Part shown: positions 1 to 10,268 of the stretch, one piece after another
How positions within the stretch are numbered: position 1 is the first letter of the stretch
How the letters are laid out: every line of letters begins with the position of its first letter
Notes under the pieces: generated by a model
The model's input: only the letters and a program-made list of their open reading frames with translations
Told to the model about the DNA's origin: nothing
Databases searched by the model: none
Program-made: the position numbers and the translations under genes
Assembly (NCBI GenBank): GCA_900609035.2
Contig: UXAT02000012.1
Location: 77,278-141,277 of the forward strand
DNA length: 64,000 nt
Direction of reading: 5' to 3'
Source: Candidatus Defluviicoccus seviourii
GTDB lineage: Bacteria > Pseudomonadota > Alphaproteobacteria > Rhodospirillales > Defluviicoccaceae

Positions 1-1
1 C

Positions 2-1006
2 CTTGACGAGCTTCTTTGCCAGCTTCTCGGCGTCTTCGCGCTCGATCACTTCCGCCGCGCGCTCGACCAGGCCGACGACATCGCCCATGCCAAGGATGCG
101 GCCGGCGATCCTATCCGGCTGGAAGGTTTCCAGCGCATCGAGCTTCTCGCCGACGCCAACCAGGCGGATCGGGCAGCCGGTAACCGCACGCATGGAAAGC
201 GCGGCGCCGCCACGGGCATCGCCGTCGACACGGGTCAGGATGATGCCCGTCACGCCGACCTGTTCGTTAAATGCGCGCGCAACCGTGACCGCGTCCTGAC
301 CGGTCAGCGCGTCGGCAACGAGGACGGTCTCGACCGGACGCACGGTCGCCTTGACGGCGGCGGCTTCCGCCATCATCGCCTCGTCGACCGCGAGCCGGCC
401 GGCGGTATCGAAGATCACGACATCGAAGCCCTGGCGCCGCGCCGCATCCAGCGCACGCTCGGCGATCGCTACCGGCGCCTGGCCGGCCACCACCGGCAGC
501 ACGGGAATATCGGTTTGTTCGCCCAGCACGGCGAGCTGGTGCTGAGCCGCCGGCCGGTAAACGTCCAGCGATGCCATCAGGACGCGCTTGCGCTCGCGCT
601 TCTTCAGACGCAGCGCAAGTTTGGCCGCGGTCGTCGTCTTGCCTGAGCCTTGCAGGCCGACCAGCAGCACAGCCACCGGCGGTGCGCCCGCGGTGTTAAT
701 ACCGGCGCCTTCGCCGATGCGCAGCTTTTCGTCCTCGGCCGAGCCGCGCAGCATGTCGATCAAGCCGTCGTGGACGATCTTCACCACCATTTGCGCCGGC
801 GTGACGCTGCGCAGGACCTCCTGGCCGACGGCACGGCCGCGAATGCTGGCAATGAAGTCCTTGACGACCGGCAGCGCCGCGTCCGCCTCAAGAAGGGCGA
901 TGCGTACTTCCCGCAGCGCGTCGGTGACATCCGACTCCGAGAGCGCGCCGCGCTTGCGCAGGCGATCGAAAATTCCGCCCAGTCGTTCGCTCAACCCCTC
1001 GAACAC
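2..1006 (-). CDS. ffh: Signal recognition particle protein Ffh (partial; C-terminus runs off the window start)
   Basis: Hand translation from GTG at 1006 gives MFEGLSERLGGIFDRLRKRGALSESDV; SRP GTPase motifs GLQGSGKTTT, DTAGR, TRVDGDARGGAALS. Absent from the ORF track because no stop lies in the window. Confidence 0.95.
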   Translation of the reverse strand, partial: MFEGLSERLGGIFDRLRKRGALSESDVTDALREVRIALLEADAALPVVKDFIASIRGRAVGQEVLRSVTPAQMVVKIVHDGLIDMLRGSAEDEKLRIGEGAGINTAGAPPVAVLLVGLQGSGKTTTAAKLALRLKKRERKRVLMASLDVYRPAAQHQLAVLGEQTDIPVLPVVAGQAPVAIAERALDAARRQGFDVVIFDTAGRLAVDEAMMAEAAAVKATVRPVETVLVADALTGQDAVTVARAFNEQVGVTGIILTRVDGDARGGAALSMRAVTGCPIRLVGVGEKLDALETFQPDRIAGRILGMGDVVGLVERAAEVIEREDAEKLAKKLVK

Positions 1007-1201
1007 GCGCTCACCCACTCCGCACGTCGATAAACAAAAAGCCGGGCGCGCAGCAGCACCCGATCTGCCACGCCGCTGCACCCGGTCGGAAAGGCAGAGG
1101 ACAATATGGAGCGCGCCTACGCAAGTCAAGGACGCGAGCATCGGCGGCGGCACGGCGAAGCGCCGTGGACTTCACGTCGGCCGATGCCTATTAGAGGGGG
1201 C

Positions 1202-2050
1202 ATGGATTCGCTCGCATTTACCAAGATGCATGGACTCGGCAACGATTTCGTCGTCATCGACGCCCGCCGGCGCCCGATTGCGATGGCACCGGACCTTGCG
1301 CGGGCGATTGCCGACCGGCGCCAAGGGGTCGGCTGCGATCAGTTGATCGTGATCGAGCGGCCGACCATGGCGGACGCGGACGCCTTCATGCGCATCTTCA
1401 ATGCCGACGGCGGCGAGGTCGGCGCCTGCGGCAATGCCGCCCGCTGCATCGCCGCGCTGTTGATGCAAGAGACAGGTGCCGGCCGCATCGGCCTTGAGAC
1501 GGCGGCCGGACTCATTCACGCGCAAGCGGCGGCTGGCGGCAGCGTCAGCGTCAACTTGGGCACGGTCAGGACCGACTGGCAGGCGATCCCGTTGGCGGAA
1601 GCCCGCGATACGCTGCACCTCGACGTTACCGCAGGCGCGCTCGGCGACGGCGTGGCGGTCTCTGTTGGCAACCCGCATATCGTATTCTTCGTTGCCGAAG
1701 CAGACGCGGTGCCGCTGGCCGAGCTCGGGCCGCAGATTGAGCATCACCCGCTGTTCCCTGAGCGCACCAACGTCGAAGTCGTGCAGGTGCTGGGGCCTAG
1801 CACCTTGCGTGTGCGTGTCTGGGAGCGCGGCGCCGGCATCACGCGCGCGTGCGGCACCGGCGCCTGTGCCGCCGCGGTCGCCGCCGCGCGGCGTCGCTTA
1901 AGCGAGCGCCGGGTCGAGGTCTTGATGGATGGCGGTCCGCTGCAGGTCGATTGGCGGGCGGACGGCACCGTCTGCCTGACCGGCCCGGTGGCAACCAGCT
2001 TCACCGGCAGCCTCGCGCCGGCGTGGCTCTCAGCAGCGGAGCGGCCGTGA
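1202..2050 (+). CDS. dapF: Diaminopimelate epimerase
   Basis: FTKMHGLGNDFVV, ACGNAARC and ERGAGITRACGTGAC motifs; start set to ATG 1202 behind a GAGGGG RBS. Confidence 0.96.
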   Translation: MDSLAFTKMHGLGNDFVVIDARRRPIAMAPDLARAIADRRQGVGCDQLIVIERPTMADADAFMRIFNADGGEVGACGNAARCIAALLMQETGAGRIGLETAAGLIHAQAAAGGSVSVNLGTVRTDWQAIPLAEARDTLHLDVTAGALGDGVAVSVGNPHIVFFVAEADAVPLAELGPQIEHHPLFPERTNVEVVQVLGPSTLRVRVWERGAGITRACGTGACAAAVAAARRRLSERRVEVLMDGGPLQVDWRADGTVCLTGPVATSFTGSLAPAWLSAAERP

Positions 2051-3303
2051 CGACAAGCCAGCCGCCGGAAATCATCACCTTCGGCTGCCGGCTCAACGCG
2101 CTGGAGTCGGAAGTGATCCGCGCCACCGGCACTGCCGCCGGATTGGGCGACGCGCTCGTGGTTAACACCTGCGCCGTGACGGCAGAGGCAGTCCGTCAGG
2201 CGCGCCAGGCGATCCGCAAACTGCGCCGGCAGCATCCAGCACGGCCAATCATCGTCACCGGCTGCGCGGCACAGCTCGACCCGAACACATTTTCCCGCAT
2301 GCCCGAGGTCGATCGCGTCATTGGCAACCGGGAGAAGTTGGACGCGGCAATTCTGGCGCGCCGCGATCAGGCGCTGGCGGTGGGCGACGTGAGCGCGCAG
2401 CCAGCGATGGATCAGCCGCTGGTCGATGGCCTCGACGGCCGCGCCCGCGCCTTCGCCCAGGTGCAGACCGGCTGCGACCATCGCTGCACGTTTTGCATCG
2501 TGCCGACGACGCGCGGACCCAGCCGCAGCGTCGCTCCCGACCGGATCGTGCACCAGGTGCGCCTGCTGGTCGAGCGCGGCTACCGCGAGGTCGTACTGAC
2601 CGGGATCGACCTCTGCTCCTACGGCGCCGATCTCAACGGCGAGCGGCTGACGGCGGGGCAGTTGGTGCGCCAGATCCTGCGCGCAGTGCCTGAGCTGCCG
2701 CGCTTGCGGCTCTCCACCCTTGATCCGGCGGCGATCGATGCAGATCTGTTTGCAGCTCTTGCCGAGGAGCCGCGGCTACTGCCCTACTGGCACCTGAGCC
2801 TGCAAGCGATGGATGACCTGGTGCTGAAGCGGATGCGGCGCCGGCACAGCCGCGCCGACGTCTTCGCGCTCATCGAGCGGGCGCGTCGCCTGCGGCCGGA
2901 GATCGCCTTCGGTGCCGACCTGATCGCGGGCTTCCCAACCGAGACGGAGGCGATGTTCGCCGAGACGCTTGCGGGTGTCACCGCGCTCGGCCTCGCGCGC
3001 CTGCATGTGTTTCCTTATTCGCCGCGCGAAGGCACGCCGGCGGCGCGCATGCCCCAGATCCCGCGTGCGGTGCGCGAGGAGCGGGCCAGGCGGCTGCGCA
3101 CCCGTGGCCTGGAGCTTTCGCGGGCGTTTCTCATGAGCCGGGTCGGCGCCGTCGCCCAAGTCCTGGTCGAGACCGAAGGCCGCGGCCGCTGCCCGCAGTT
3201 TGCGCCCGTGCGCCTGCGCTTCGAAGCCGCGCCCGGCAGCATCGTCGCCGCGCGAATGGTCGGCACCGAGGATGACCACCTGATTGGCGAGCGCGCGGCA
3301 TGA
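2047..3303 (+). CDS. mtaB: tRNA t6A37 methylthiotransferase (MiaB-like radical SAM)
   Basis: TFGCRLN, VNTCAVT, VTGCAAQ N-terminal motifs; CDHRCTFC radical SAM motif; GTG start overlaps the dapF stop; dapF-mtaB-ftsY order is typical of alphaproteobacteria. Confidence 0.9.
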   Translation: MTTSQPPEIITFGCRLNALESEVIRATGTAAGLGDALVVNTCAVTAEAVRQARQAIRKLRRQHPARPIIVTGCAAQLDPNTFSRMPEVDRVIGNREKLDAAILARRDQALAVGDVSAQPAMDQPLVDGLDGRARAFAQVQTGCDHRCTFCIVPTTRGPSRSVAPDRIVHQVRLLVERGYREVVLTGIDLCSYGADLNGERLTAGQLVRQILRAVPELPRLRLSTLDPAAIDADLFAALAEEPRLLPYWHLSLQAMDDLVLKRMRRRHSRADVFALIERARRLRPEIAFGADLIAGFPTETEAMFAETLAGVTALGLARLHVFPYSPREGTPAARMPQIPRAVREERARRLRTRGLELSRAFLMSRVGAVAQVLVETEGRGRCPQFAPVRLRFEAAPGSIVAARMVGTEDDHLIGERAA

Positions 3304-4250
3304 CCGGATCGCAGGCTTCCGAAACGGAGAGGGCCGGCTGGACTATCCGGCTGCGGCACGGCCTGTCGCGATCGTCGGCCAAGCTCACGACCGGCATCGG
3401 CGAGTTGTTCGGCAAGCGCCGCCTCGATGACGAGGCGCTGGAGGAACTGGAAGAGCTCCTGATCGGCGCCGATCTCGGCGTCAAGACCGCCGCCGCGGTC
3501 ACGCAGCGGCTCGCCAAGGCGCGCTTCAACCAGGAAGTCGGCGCTGACGAGGTCCGCACTGTCTTGGCTGATACGATCGCCGAGATCCTCGTGCCAGTCG
3601 CACAAACGATTGCGCTCAGCGATGCGCATAAGCCGCACGTGATCCTGGTCTGCGGCGTCAACGGCTCCGGCAAGACGACGACGATCGCCAAGTTCGGTCG
3701 CCTGTTTCATGGCCTTGGGCTGAAGGTCATCTTTGCCGCCTGCGATACCTTTCGTGCCGCCGCCATCGAGCAGTTGCAGATCTGGGGCGACCGCATCGGC
3801 TGTCCGGTGCTGACCCGGCCGCCCGGCGCCGACTCCGCCAGCCTTGCCTTCGATGCGATGCTGCTGGCGCAGGCAGAGCGCGCCGATGTGCTGCTGATCG
3901 ACACCGCCGGCCGGCTGCAAAACAAGGCGCACCTGATGGCGGAGCTGCAAAAGATCGTCCGCGTCCTGCAAAAGCATGATCCGAAGGCGCCGCACGACTG
4001 TATCCTCGTCATCGACTCAACGGTCGGCCAGAACGCGCACAACCAGGTCGAGGTTTTTCGCGACATGGTGAACGTGACCGGCCTCGTGGTCACCAAGCTC
4101 GACGGCTCGGCGAAGGGCGGTGTGGTCGTGGCGTTGGCTGAGCGGTTCGGTCTGCCGGTCTATGCCGTCGGTGCGGGCGAAGGCATGGACGACATGCAAG
4201 CGTTTGATCCGCAGGCATTCGCGCGCGGGTTGCTCGGGCTTGGGGCTTGA
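3300..4250 (+). CDS. ftsY: SRP receptor FtsY
   Basis: GVNGSGKTTT, DTFRAAA, DTAGRLQN, TKLDGSAKGG. Confidence 0.97.
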   Translation: MTGSQASETERAGWTIRLRHGLSRSSAKLTTGIGELFGKRRLDDEALEELEELLIGADLGVKTAAAVTQRLAKARFNQEVGADEVRTVLADTIAEILVPVAQTIALSDAHKPHVILVCGVNGSGKTTTIAKFGRLFHGLGLKVIFAACDTFRAAAIEQLQIWGDRIGCPVLTRPPGADSASLAFDAMLLAQAERADVLLIDTAGRLQNKAHLMAELQKIVRVLQKHDPKAPHDCILVIDSTVGQNAHNQVEVFRDMVNVTGLVVTKLDGSAKGGVVVALAERFGLPVYAVGAGEGMDDMQAFDPQAFARGLLGLGA

Positions 4251-4350
4251 CGAGCGGTCTGGCGCCGGCTCCGTTGTCCGATCCGCTCAGGGACCGGCCG
4301 GGTTCGGAGCAAGGATCCGATCTGAGGCACGCGCGGGGAGGCGTAAGCTC

Positions 4351-5688
4351 GTGACCGTGAACGTCGTCCGCCGCCTTCTCGGCAGGCCTGGTGGACGCCA
4401 GCTACCGGCGCGCATCCGGGCCGCGATTGCCGAGCAGGAGCGCCAGGCGGAAATCCTGATCGGCTGGCTGCAGCTGGGCCTGGTGGCGTTTGTCCTAGCG
4501 CTTTACACGCTGTCGCCGAAAACCTCGCTCGGTACGCCCTTCCGGCCCGTCCCGTACGTCCTCGGCGCCTTTCTGCTCGTTGGAATCGTGCGGGTGATGC
4601 TCTCGCATCGCCGCCTGATGCCAGGCTGGTTCCTCATTGTCGGCGTCATGATCGATATGGCGCTCCTGATGGGGCTGATCTGGAGCTTCCACATTCAGTA
4701 CATGCAGCCGGCGCCCTTCTATTTGAAGGCACCGACGCTGCTCTACGCATTCATCCTGATCGCGCTGAGAGCGCTGCGCTTCGATCCAATCTACGTGGTC
4801 GCTGCCGGCCTGTCGGCCGCCACGGGTTGGACGGTGCTGGTCGGCTACGCGCTCATGAGCGCAGAGCCACCGCCGGTCACCCGCGATTACGTCGCCTACA
4901 TGACCCACAACCTGGTCCTGATCGGCGCCGAGGTCGACAAGATCATCGTCATTCTGCTGGTGACCTGCGTGCTTGCGGTGGCGCTGGTGCGGGCGCGCCG
5001 CATGCTGCGCCAGGCGGTTGCCGATGCGACGGTGGCGCGTGACTTAACGCGCTTCGTCGCCCCGGAGGTGGCAGACCGCGTCGCCACATCCGATGCCGCC
5101 ATCCGCCCGGGCGACGGCGAGGTAAAGACGGCGAGCGTGCTGTTCTGCGACATTGAGGGCTTCTCCACGATCTCCGAGCGACTCGCGCCCGATGTTCTGA
5201 TGGCGACGCTGAACGCCTATTTCGCCAAGGTGGCAGAAGTGATTGAGCAAAACGGCGGCGTCATCAATCAGTTCCTGGGCGATGCGATGATGATCACCTT
5301 CAACACCGCCAGGCCCTTGGCCGGTCATGCGGCGGCGGCGGTGAAGACCGCGCTCGCAATCCAGGATCTGGTCGCTGCCGAGCGGTTCGGCCCCGACCTG
5401 CAGCTCAAAACCCGCTGCGGAATCAACACCGGCAAGCTCGTCTCCGGCGCCGTCGGCACCGATGTGCGGCTGATCTTCACGGTCTACGGTGACGAGGTGA
5501 ATATCGCCGCCAGGCTAGAACAGTTGAACAAGACCTACGGCACCTACGTGCTGGCGACCGAGCAGACGCTCGCCGCCGCCGGCATGGAGGTGCGCGGCCG
5601 GCCGATCGGCGAAGTGACGGTGCGCGGCCGGCAGACACCGGTGAACGTATTTGCGTTGGACGCGGAGATCAGTTCGCAGGCAGGTTAG
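4351..5688 (+). CDS. Membrane-anchored class III nucleotide (adenylate/guanylate) cyclase
   Basis: About six hydrophobic segments, then LFCDIEGFS, QFLGDAM, GINTG, TVYGDEVNIAARLE. The GTG 4351 start is approximate. Confidence 0.88.
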   Translation: MTVNVVRRLLGRPGGRQLPARIRAAIAEQERQAEILIGWLQLGLVAFVLALYTLSPKTSLGTPFRPVPYVLGAFLLVGIVRVMLSHRRLMPGWFLIVGVMIDMALLMGLIWSFHIQYMQPAPFYLKAPTLLYAFILIALRALRFDPIYVVAAGLSAATGWTVLVGYALMSAEPPPVTRDYVAYMTHNLVLIGAEVDKIIVILLVTCVLAVALVRARRMLRQAVADATVARDLTRFVAPEVADRVATSDAAIRPGDGEVKTASVLFCDIEGFSTISERLAPDVLMATLNAYFAKVAEVIEQNGGVINQFLGDAMMITFNTARPLAGHAAAAVKTALAIQDLVAAERFGPDLQLKTRCGINTGKLVSGAVGTDVRLIFTVYGDEVNIAARLEQLNKTYGTYVLATEQTLAAAGMEVRGRPIGEVTVRGRQTPVNVFALDAEISSQAG

Positions 5689-5802
5689 AATTCGCGTTCG
5701 CTCGGCCTAGGTCCGGCCCGCAAAAAAGGCATCCGATCAGCAAACGCCATGGGCGACGCCGGCGCACGCCACCCCTTCTATCCGCCATCACTTTCTCGCA
5801 AT

Positions 5803-5828
5803 TTGCATTCAATGTGTGATCAATGCAA
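5803..5828. promoter_or_regulatory. Inverted repeat TTGCATT-N12-AATGCAA, candidate operator upstream of acuI
   Basis: 7-bp perfect inverted repeat in an AT-rich patch about 100 bp upstream of the acuI start, immediately followed by TTGACG. Confidence 0.35.
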
Positions 5829-5931
5829 TTGACGCGCGTAGCGGCTATGCGCGAGAATGCAGGCCACAACAACAACACGCAGGCGCGGTTTCGGGGGCGA
5901 GCCGGCGCATTGCGGCATCGGGTGGAGTGGC

Positions 5932-6936
5932 ATGGCCGAACAAGAAAGTTTCCGCGCGCTCGTCATCGCGCAACAGGAAGGGAAAGTCGTCGCCAACGTC
6001 GAGACCTTGCGCGCCGATGCGCTGCCGGCAGGCGATGTGCTGGTGCAGGTGCAGTTCTCTGACCTTAATTACAAGGACGGCTTGGTGCTGAAAGGCCTCG
6101 GCAAACTCGTGCGCAGCTATCCGCACGTGCCAGGCATTGATTTCGTCGGCACCGTGCGGGCGTCCCAATCGGAACGCTTCAAGCCAGGCGATGCGGTGAT
6201 CCTGACCGGCTGGCGCGTCGGCGAGATCCACTGGGGCGGCTATGCGACGCTGGCGCGAGTCAAGGCCGATTGGCTGGTGCCCCTGCCGCAGGGCCTTTCG
6301 CCACGCCAGGCGATGGCAATCGGCACCGCGGGTTTCACCGCCATGCTGGCGGTCATGGCGCTCGAAGAACACGGTCTCAAGCCTGAGAACAAGGGCGAAG
6401 TGCTGATCACCGGTGCCGCTGGCGGCGTCGGCAGCATCGCGACCGCGATCCTTGCCCAGCTCGGTTACCGCGTTGCCGCCGCGACCGGGCGCGCCGAGAC
6501 GCATGGGTATTTGCGCGATCTCGGCGCTACCACGATCGTCGACCGCGCGGAAGTCGAAGCTCCGCCCAAGGGGCCGCTGGGGCCCGAGCGCTGGTCCGGT
6601 GCGATCGACAACGTCGGCGGCCAGACGCTGGGCAGCCTGCTTGCGAGCCTTGCCTACTGGGGAAGCTGCGCTTCGGTCGGCAATGCCGGCGGCATCACGT
6701 TCAGCAGCACCGTCATCCCGTTCCTCCTGCGCGGCATCAACCTCTTGGGCATCGACTCTGCCACCTGCCCGTTGGAGCGGCGCCTGACCGCGTGGTCCCG
6801 GCTTGCGACCGACCTGCCGCTCGACAAGCTCGAAACGATGGTCAAGGTCGTGGGTTTGGGCGAGGTGCCGGCAATGGCGGACCAGATCCTCAAAGGCCAG
6901 GTGCGCGGCCGCGTCGTCGTCGACGTCAGCCAGTGA
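5932..6936 (+). CDS. acuI: Acryloyl-CoA reductase AcuI / YhdH-type MDR oxidoreductase
   Basis: SDLNYKDGL, PGIDFVG, GEIHWGGYA, AMAIGTAGFTAMLAV, ITGAAGGVGS, LLRGINLLGIDS, GQVRGRVVVDV; GGAG RBS before ATG 5932. Confidence 0.88.
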   Translation: MAEQESFRALVIAQQEGKVVANVETLRADALPAGDVLVQVQFSDLNYKDGLVLKGLGKLVRSYPHVPGIDFVGTVRASQSERFKPGDAVILTGWRVGEIHWGGYATLARVKADWLVPLPQGLSPRQAMAIGTAGFTAMLAVMALEEHGLKPENKGEVLITGAAGGVGSIATAILAQLGYRVAAATGRAETHGYLRDLGATTIVDRAEVEAPPKGPLGPERWSGAIDNVGGQTLGSLLASLAYWGSCASVGNAGGITFSSTVIPFLLRGINLLGIDSATCPLERRLTAWSRLATDLPLDKLETMVKVVGLGEVPAMADQILKGQVRGRVVVDVSQ

Positions 6937-7289
6937 ACGCAACCACATTGTTGCGTCGCCAGAGAGGACGGGCGCCGCGGCTCTGCAAAGGCGCCCTCCT
7001 GACGGCGTTGGTCTTGGCCCTCAGCGCGTGCGCCAACGACGAGACGGCGTACGAACGTGGGGTTGCCGACTACGAGCCGGTTTACTGCTATGCCTCGCTT
7101 GGCGATGCCGACTGCTACCGGCGGCCTTATTTTCGTGACGATCGCCGGCTGATCAACCACTACGGCCCGACGCCGCGTAGCTACGATCGACCGAAGCCGC
7201 CGAAGCCGGCCCGGCTCGATCCACCGCCACCGGAGCGCAAGGCCTCCCGCACGAGCGACGTGAAGGATCCGCCCGCACCCGCCATCTGA
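6933..7289 (+). CDS. Small hypothetical lipoprotein with Pro-rich tail
   Basis: Basic N-terminus, hydrophobic stretch, lipobox LSAC, then a YCY...DCY Cys pair; GTG start overlaps the acuI stop. Confidence 0.65.
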   Translation: MNATTLLRRQRGRAPRLCKGALLTALVLALSACANDETAYERGVADYEPVYCYASLGDADCYRRPYFRDDRRLINHYGPTPRSYDRPKPPKPARLDPPPPERKASRTSDVKDPPAPAI

Positions 7290-7303
7290 GATCCACCCCG
7301 CAC

Positions 7304-9124
7304 TCAGGCTGCTCGTGTAGCGCGCTTGCGTTCGAGCTCTTTGAGGAACTTCTTGCGGATGCGGACCGACTTCGGCGTCACCTCGACGAGTTCGTCGGCG
7401 TTGATGAACTCAAGCGCGAACTCGAGCGTGGTTTCGATTTTCGGCACTAAGATGATGTTCTCGTCGCTGCCGGCGGCGCGAATGTTGGTGAGCTGCTTCG
7501 CCTTCAACGGATTGACGCAGAGGTCGTTGCCGCGGGTGTGGATGCCGACCAGCATCCCCTCATAAACCTCGGCGCCATGGCCGATGAACAGCCGGCCGCG
7601 CTCCTGCAGGTTGAACAGCGCGTAGGCGAGCGCCTTGCCGGTCGCCATCGAGACGAGCGCCCCGTTGGTCCGCTTGCCGAGCTCGCCCGCGACCTGCGGA
7701 CCATAGCTCTCGAACGCATGATCCATGACGCCGGTGCCCGACGTCAGCGTGAGAAAGTCGGAGCGGAAGCCGATCAGGCCGCGCGTCGGGATCAGGTAGT
7801 CGAGGCGGACGCGGCCCTTGCCGTCAGGCACCATGTCCTTGAGCTCCGCGCGCCGTTCGCCCAGCGCCTGCATCACCGCCCCCTGATGCGCCTCCTCGAC
7901 GTCGACGGTGAGCGTTTCCCACGGCTCGCTCGTCACGCCGTCGATGGTCTTGAGGATGACTTCGGGGCGCGAGATGGCGAGCTCATAGCCCTCGCGCCGC
8001 ATCGTTTCGATGAGAATGGCAAGGTGCAACTCGCCGCGGCCAGAGACCTTGAACTTATCCGCACTCTCGGTCTGCTCGACGCGGAGTGCGACGTTGTGCA
8101 GCAGCTCCTCGTCCAGCCGCTCGCGCAACGTCCGGCTGGTGACGTACTTGCCTTCGCGGCCAGAGAAGGGCGAGTCGTTGACCTGAAACGTCATGCTGAG
8201 CGTCGGCTCATCGATGGTAAGCGGCGGCAGCTGATCAACCGCGTCCGGATCACAGACGGTCTCGGAGATCTTCAAGCCCTCGATACCGGTGAAGGCAATG
8301 ATATCGCCGGCCGCAGCCTCTGCCAGCTCAACCCGCTCCAGGCCATGGAAACCCAGGACCTGCAGCAGCCGGGCCCGGCGCGGGCCTTCTGCACCCGACA
8401 CCACGACGGCGGAGTTGCGGCGCACGCGGCCGCGACGGATGCGGCCGATGCCGATGACGCCGACGTAACTCGAATAGTCGAGCGCGCTTACCTGCAACTG
8501 CAGCGGTCCTGCCGCGTCCACAGGCGGCGGCGGCACCTTCTCGACGATGATCTGGAACAGAGGCGTCATGTCGGTGCCGCGCTCGCTCGGGCGCAGACTC
8601 GCCCAGCCCTCCAGCGCAGAGGCGTAGATGACCGGAAAATCGAGCTGTTCGTCGCTGGCGCCCAAGCGGTCAAACAGCTCGAAGGTCTGCTCGACCACCC
8701 AGTCGGCGCGCGCGCTCGGCCGGTCGACCTTGTTGACGACGACAATAGGCTTGAGGTTGCGAGCCAAGGCCTTGCGGGTGACGAAGGTCGTCTGCGGCAT
8801 CGGTCCGTCGACCGCATCGACCAGCAGCAGCACGGAGTCGACCATGGAGAGCGCGCGCTCGACCTCGCCGCCGAAATCGGCGTGGCCCGGCGTATCGACG
8901 ATATTGATGCGAAAGCCCTGCCAGGTGACGGCCGTGTTCTTCGAGAGGATGGTGATGCCACGCTCGCGTTCGAGGTCGTTCGAGTCCATCACCCGGTCCG
9001 GCTCGGCGGCGCGGGCCGAGAGCGTGCCCGACTGCTTCAACAGCTGGTCGACGAGCGTCGTCTTGCCGTGATCGACGTGGGCGATGATGGCGATGTTGCG
9101 GAGAGCGCTGATCGCTGCGGTCAT
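7304..9124 (-). CDS. typA: Translational GTPase TypA/BipA
   Basis: [47 protein letters not shown]-terminal [14 protein letters not shown]. Confidence 0.98.
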   Translation of the reverse strand: MTAAISALRNIAIIAHVDHGKTTLVDQLLKQSGTLSARAAEPDRVMDSNDLERERGITILSKNTAVTWQGFRINIVDTPGHADFGGEVERALSMVDSVLLLVDAVDGPMPQTTFVTRKALARNLKPIVVVNKVDRPSARADWVVEQTFELFDRLGASDEQLDFPVIYASALEGWASLRPSERGTDMTPLFQIIVEKVPPPPVDAAGPLQLQVSALDYSSYVGVIGIGRIRRGRVRRNSAVVVSGAEGPRRARLLQVLGFHGLERVELAEAAAGDIIAFTGIEGLKISETVCDPDAVDQLPPLTIDEPTLSMTFQVNDSPFSGREGKYVTSRTLRERLDEELLHNVALRVEQTESADKFKVSGRGELHLAILIETMRREGYELAISRPEVILKTIDGVTSEPWETLTVDVEEAHQGAVMQALGERRAELKDMVPDGKGRVRLDYLIPTRGLIGFRSDFLTLTSGTGVMDHAFESYGPQVAGELGKRTNGALVSMATGKALAYALFNLQERGRLFIGHGAEVYEGMLVGIHTRGNDLCVNPLKAKQLTNIRAAGSDENIILVPKIETTLEFALEFINADELVEVTPKSVRIRKKFLKELERKRATRAA

Positions 9125-9212
9125 GATCCTGTTCGAGCCATGGAAGAAGGGAAGCGTCGTGCCGCGCGGCTGGGCCTGGCAGGCCCGTGGTTTCCGTCAG
9201 CCAGTGGTTCCG

Positions 9213-10043
9213 TCACCGAGATGGGCTTGTTTGAAGCCCGCCGCCATCCCCTTTGCGGTGTGCTGAAGGCTGCGCCGGCCCCGGAAACCATTCCGCTGAC
9301 CGGCCGGACACGCGGTAGGCAATGAGGCCAACATACTCCTTCACCGCCAAGTCGACGAGGGTGAGGTTTACGAACACGCTATAAAAATCCAGCGGTGTGC
9401 GGAAATCGACCGGGTAGGGCGCCACCTCCCAATCGAGGGCACGGAAGACACCGATTGCCCGCGGCATGTGAAAGGCCGAGGTCACCAGCAGCCACGTTTC
9501 GCCCGCTTTCGGCTGCGCGAGGCGGGCGCTGAACAGTGCATTCTCGTAAGTGGTTGCCGAGTCGCGCTCGAACAGGAACCGGTCGGCAGCAAGGCCGAGG
9601 CCTTCGAGCCAGGCGCTGACCCGATCGGCCTCGCGCACCGGCGGCAGATCCACGGCAGCAGCGCCGCCGCTGAAAATAACCCGCGCATCCGGATAACGCT
9701 GCGCGAGCGCCACCATTGTCGTCAGCCTTTCGGCGGAGTCGTTCAGCGTGACTTGGCCGCGCGCCTCGGTGATGGTGGCATCGATGCTGCCGCCGAGGAC
9801 GACGATGCCGTCGACCCGCGCCGGCAGGACGGCCGGGAAGCGCTCTTCGAGCGGTTGCATCAGCCAGGTGCCGAGCGGAAGAATGCCGGCGCTCACCAGT
9901 ACGGCCGTGGTTCCCACCAGCAGCCGGCCACCGAAGCGGCGGCGGCCCAGGGCCAAGGCGAGGAGCGCGATCGCGAGCAGTAGCACGAGGAGATTGCCAG
10001 GCCGGGCGATCAGCCAGAGGGCCTTGCCGACAATCATGAACAC
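9213..10043 (-). CDS. YdcF/ElyC-family (DUF218) membrane protein
   Basis: N-terminal TM segments, IVVLGG, IFSGG, SATTYENA, LVTSAFHMPRA, PYPVDF, KEYVG. Confidence 0.9.
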   Translation of the reverse strand: MFMIVGKALWLIARPGNLLVLLLAIALLALALGRRRFGGRLLVGTTAVLVSAGILPLGTWLMQPLEERFPAVLPARVDGIVVLGGSIDATITEARGQVTLNDSAERLTTMVALAQRYPDARVIFSGGAAAVDLPPVREADRVSAWLEGLGLAADRFLFERDSATTYENALFSARLAQPKAGETWLLVTSAFHMPRAIGVFRALDWEVAPYPVDFRTPLDFYSVFVNLTLVDLAVKEYVGLIAYRVSGRSAEWFPGPAQPSAHRKGDGGGLQTSPSR

Positions 10044-10088
10044 GCAAGACCCTCCCCTGGCACTCGCGCCGTCAGCTCAGATGGGAGT

Positions 10089-10173
10089 GCCGGCCGCTCA
10101 CGGACGGCATTGGCCGTGGCCGCGGACGATGTACTTGAAGCTGGTGAGCTGCTCGACGCCGACAGGGCCGCGC
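10089..10173 (-). repeat. Displaced copy of the proA 3' end (attR-like), 85 bp
   Basis: Matches 12350-12434 except one base (10164 a versus 12425 g, synonymous in a Pro codon); encodes [24 protein letters not shown]-stop with no upstream proA. Confidence 0.93.
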
Positions 10174-10268
10174 CATCGGTCCAGCGCTGCATCTTGTTGA
10201 ATAGTAAGCTGAAGGTATTGGTCATAAACGGGAGATCAGGCAGTCGCTTCCTTCAAAGGTTCTTTCCT

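Noticed and set aside
1030-1105. Possible SRP (4.5S) RNA or SRP-like structure next to ffh
   Set aside because: Only short inverted repeats; the conserved CAGG...GGAA...AGCAG domain IV pattern is absent.
7538-9325. Long antisense or alternate-frame ORFs (also 5845-6948, 13441-15051, 16051-18285, 18423-20093, 32479-33672, 47791-49617, 53948-55405 and many shorter ones)
   Set aside because: They shadow well-supported genes on the other strand, have no family motifs, and are expected in high-GC DNA where stop codons are scarce.
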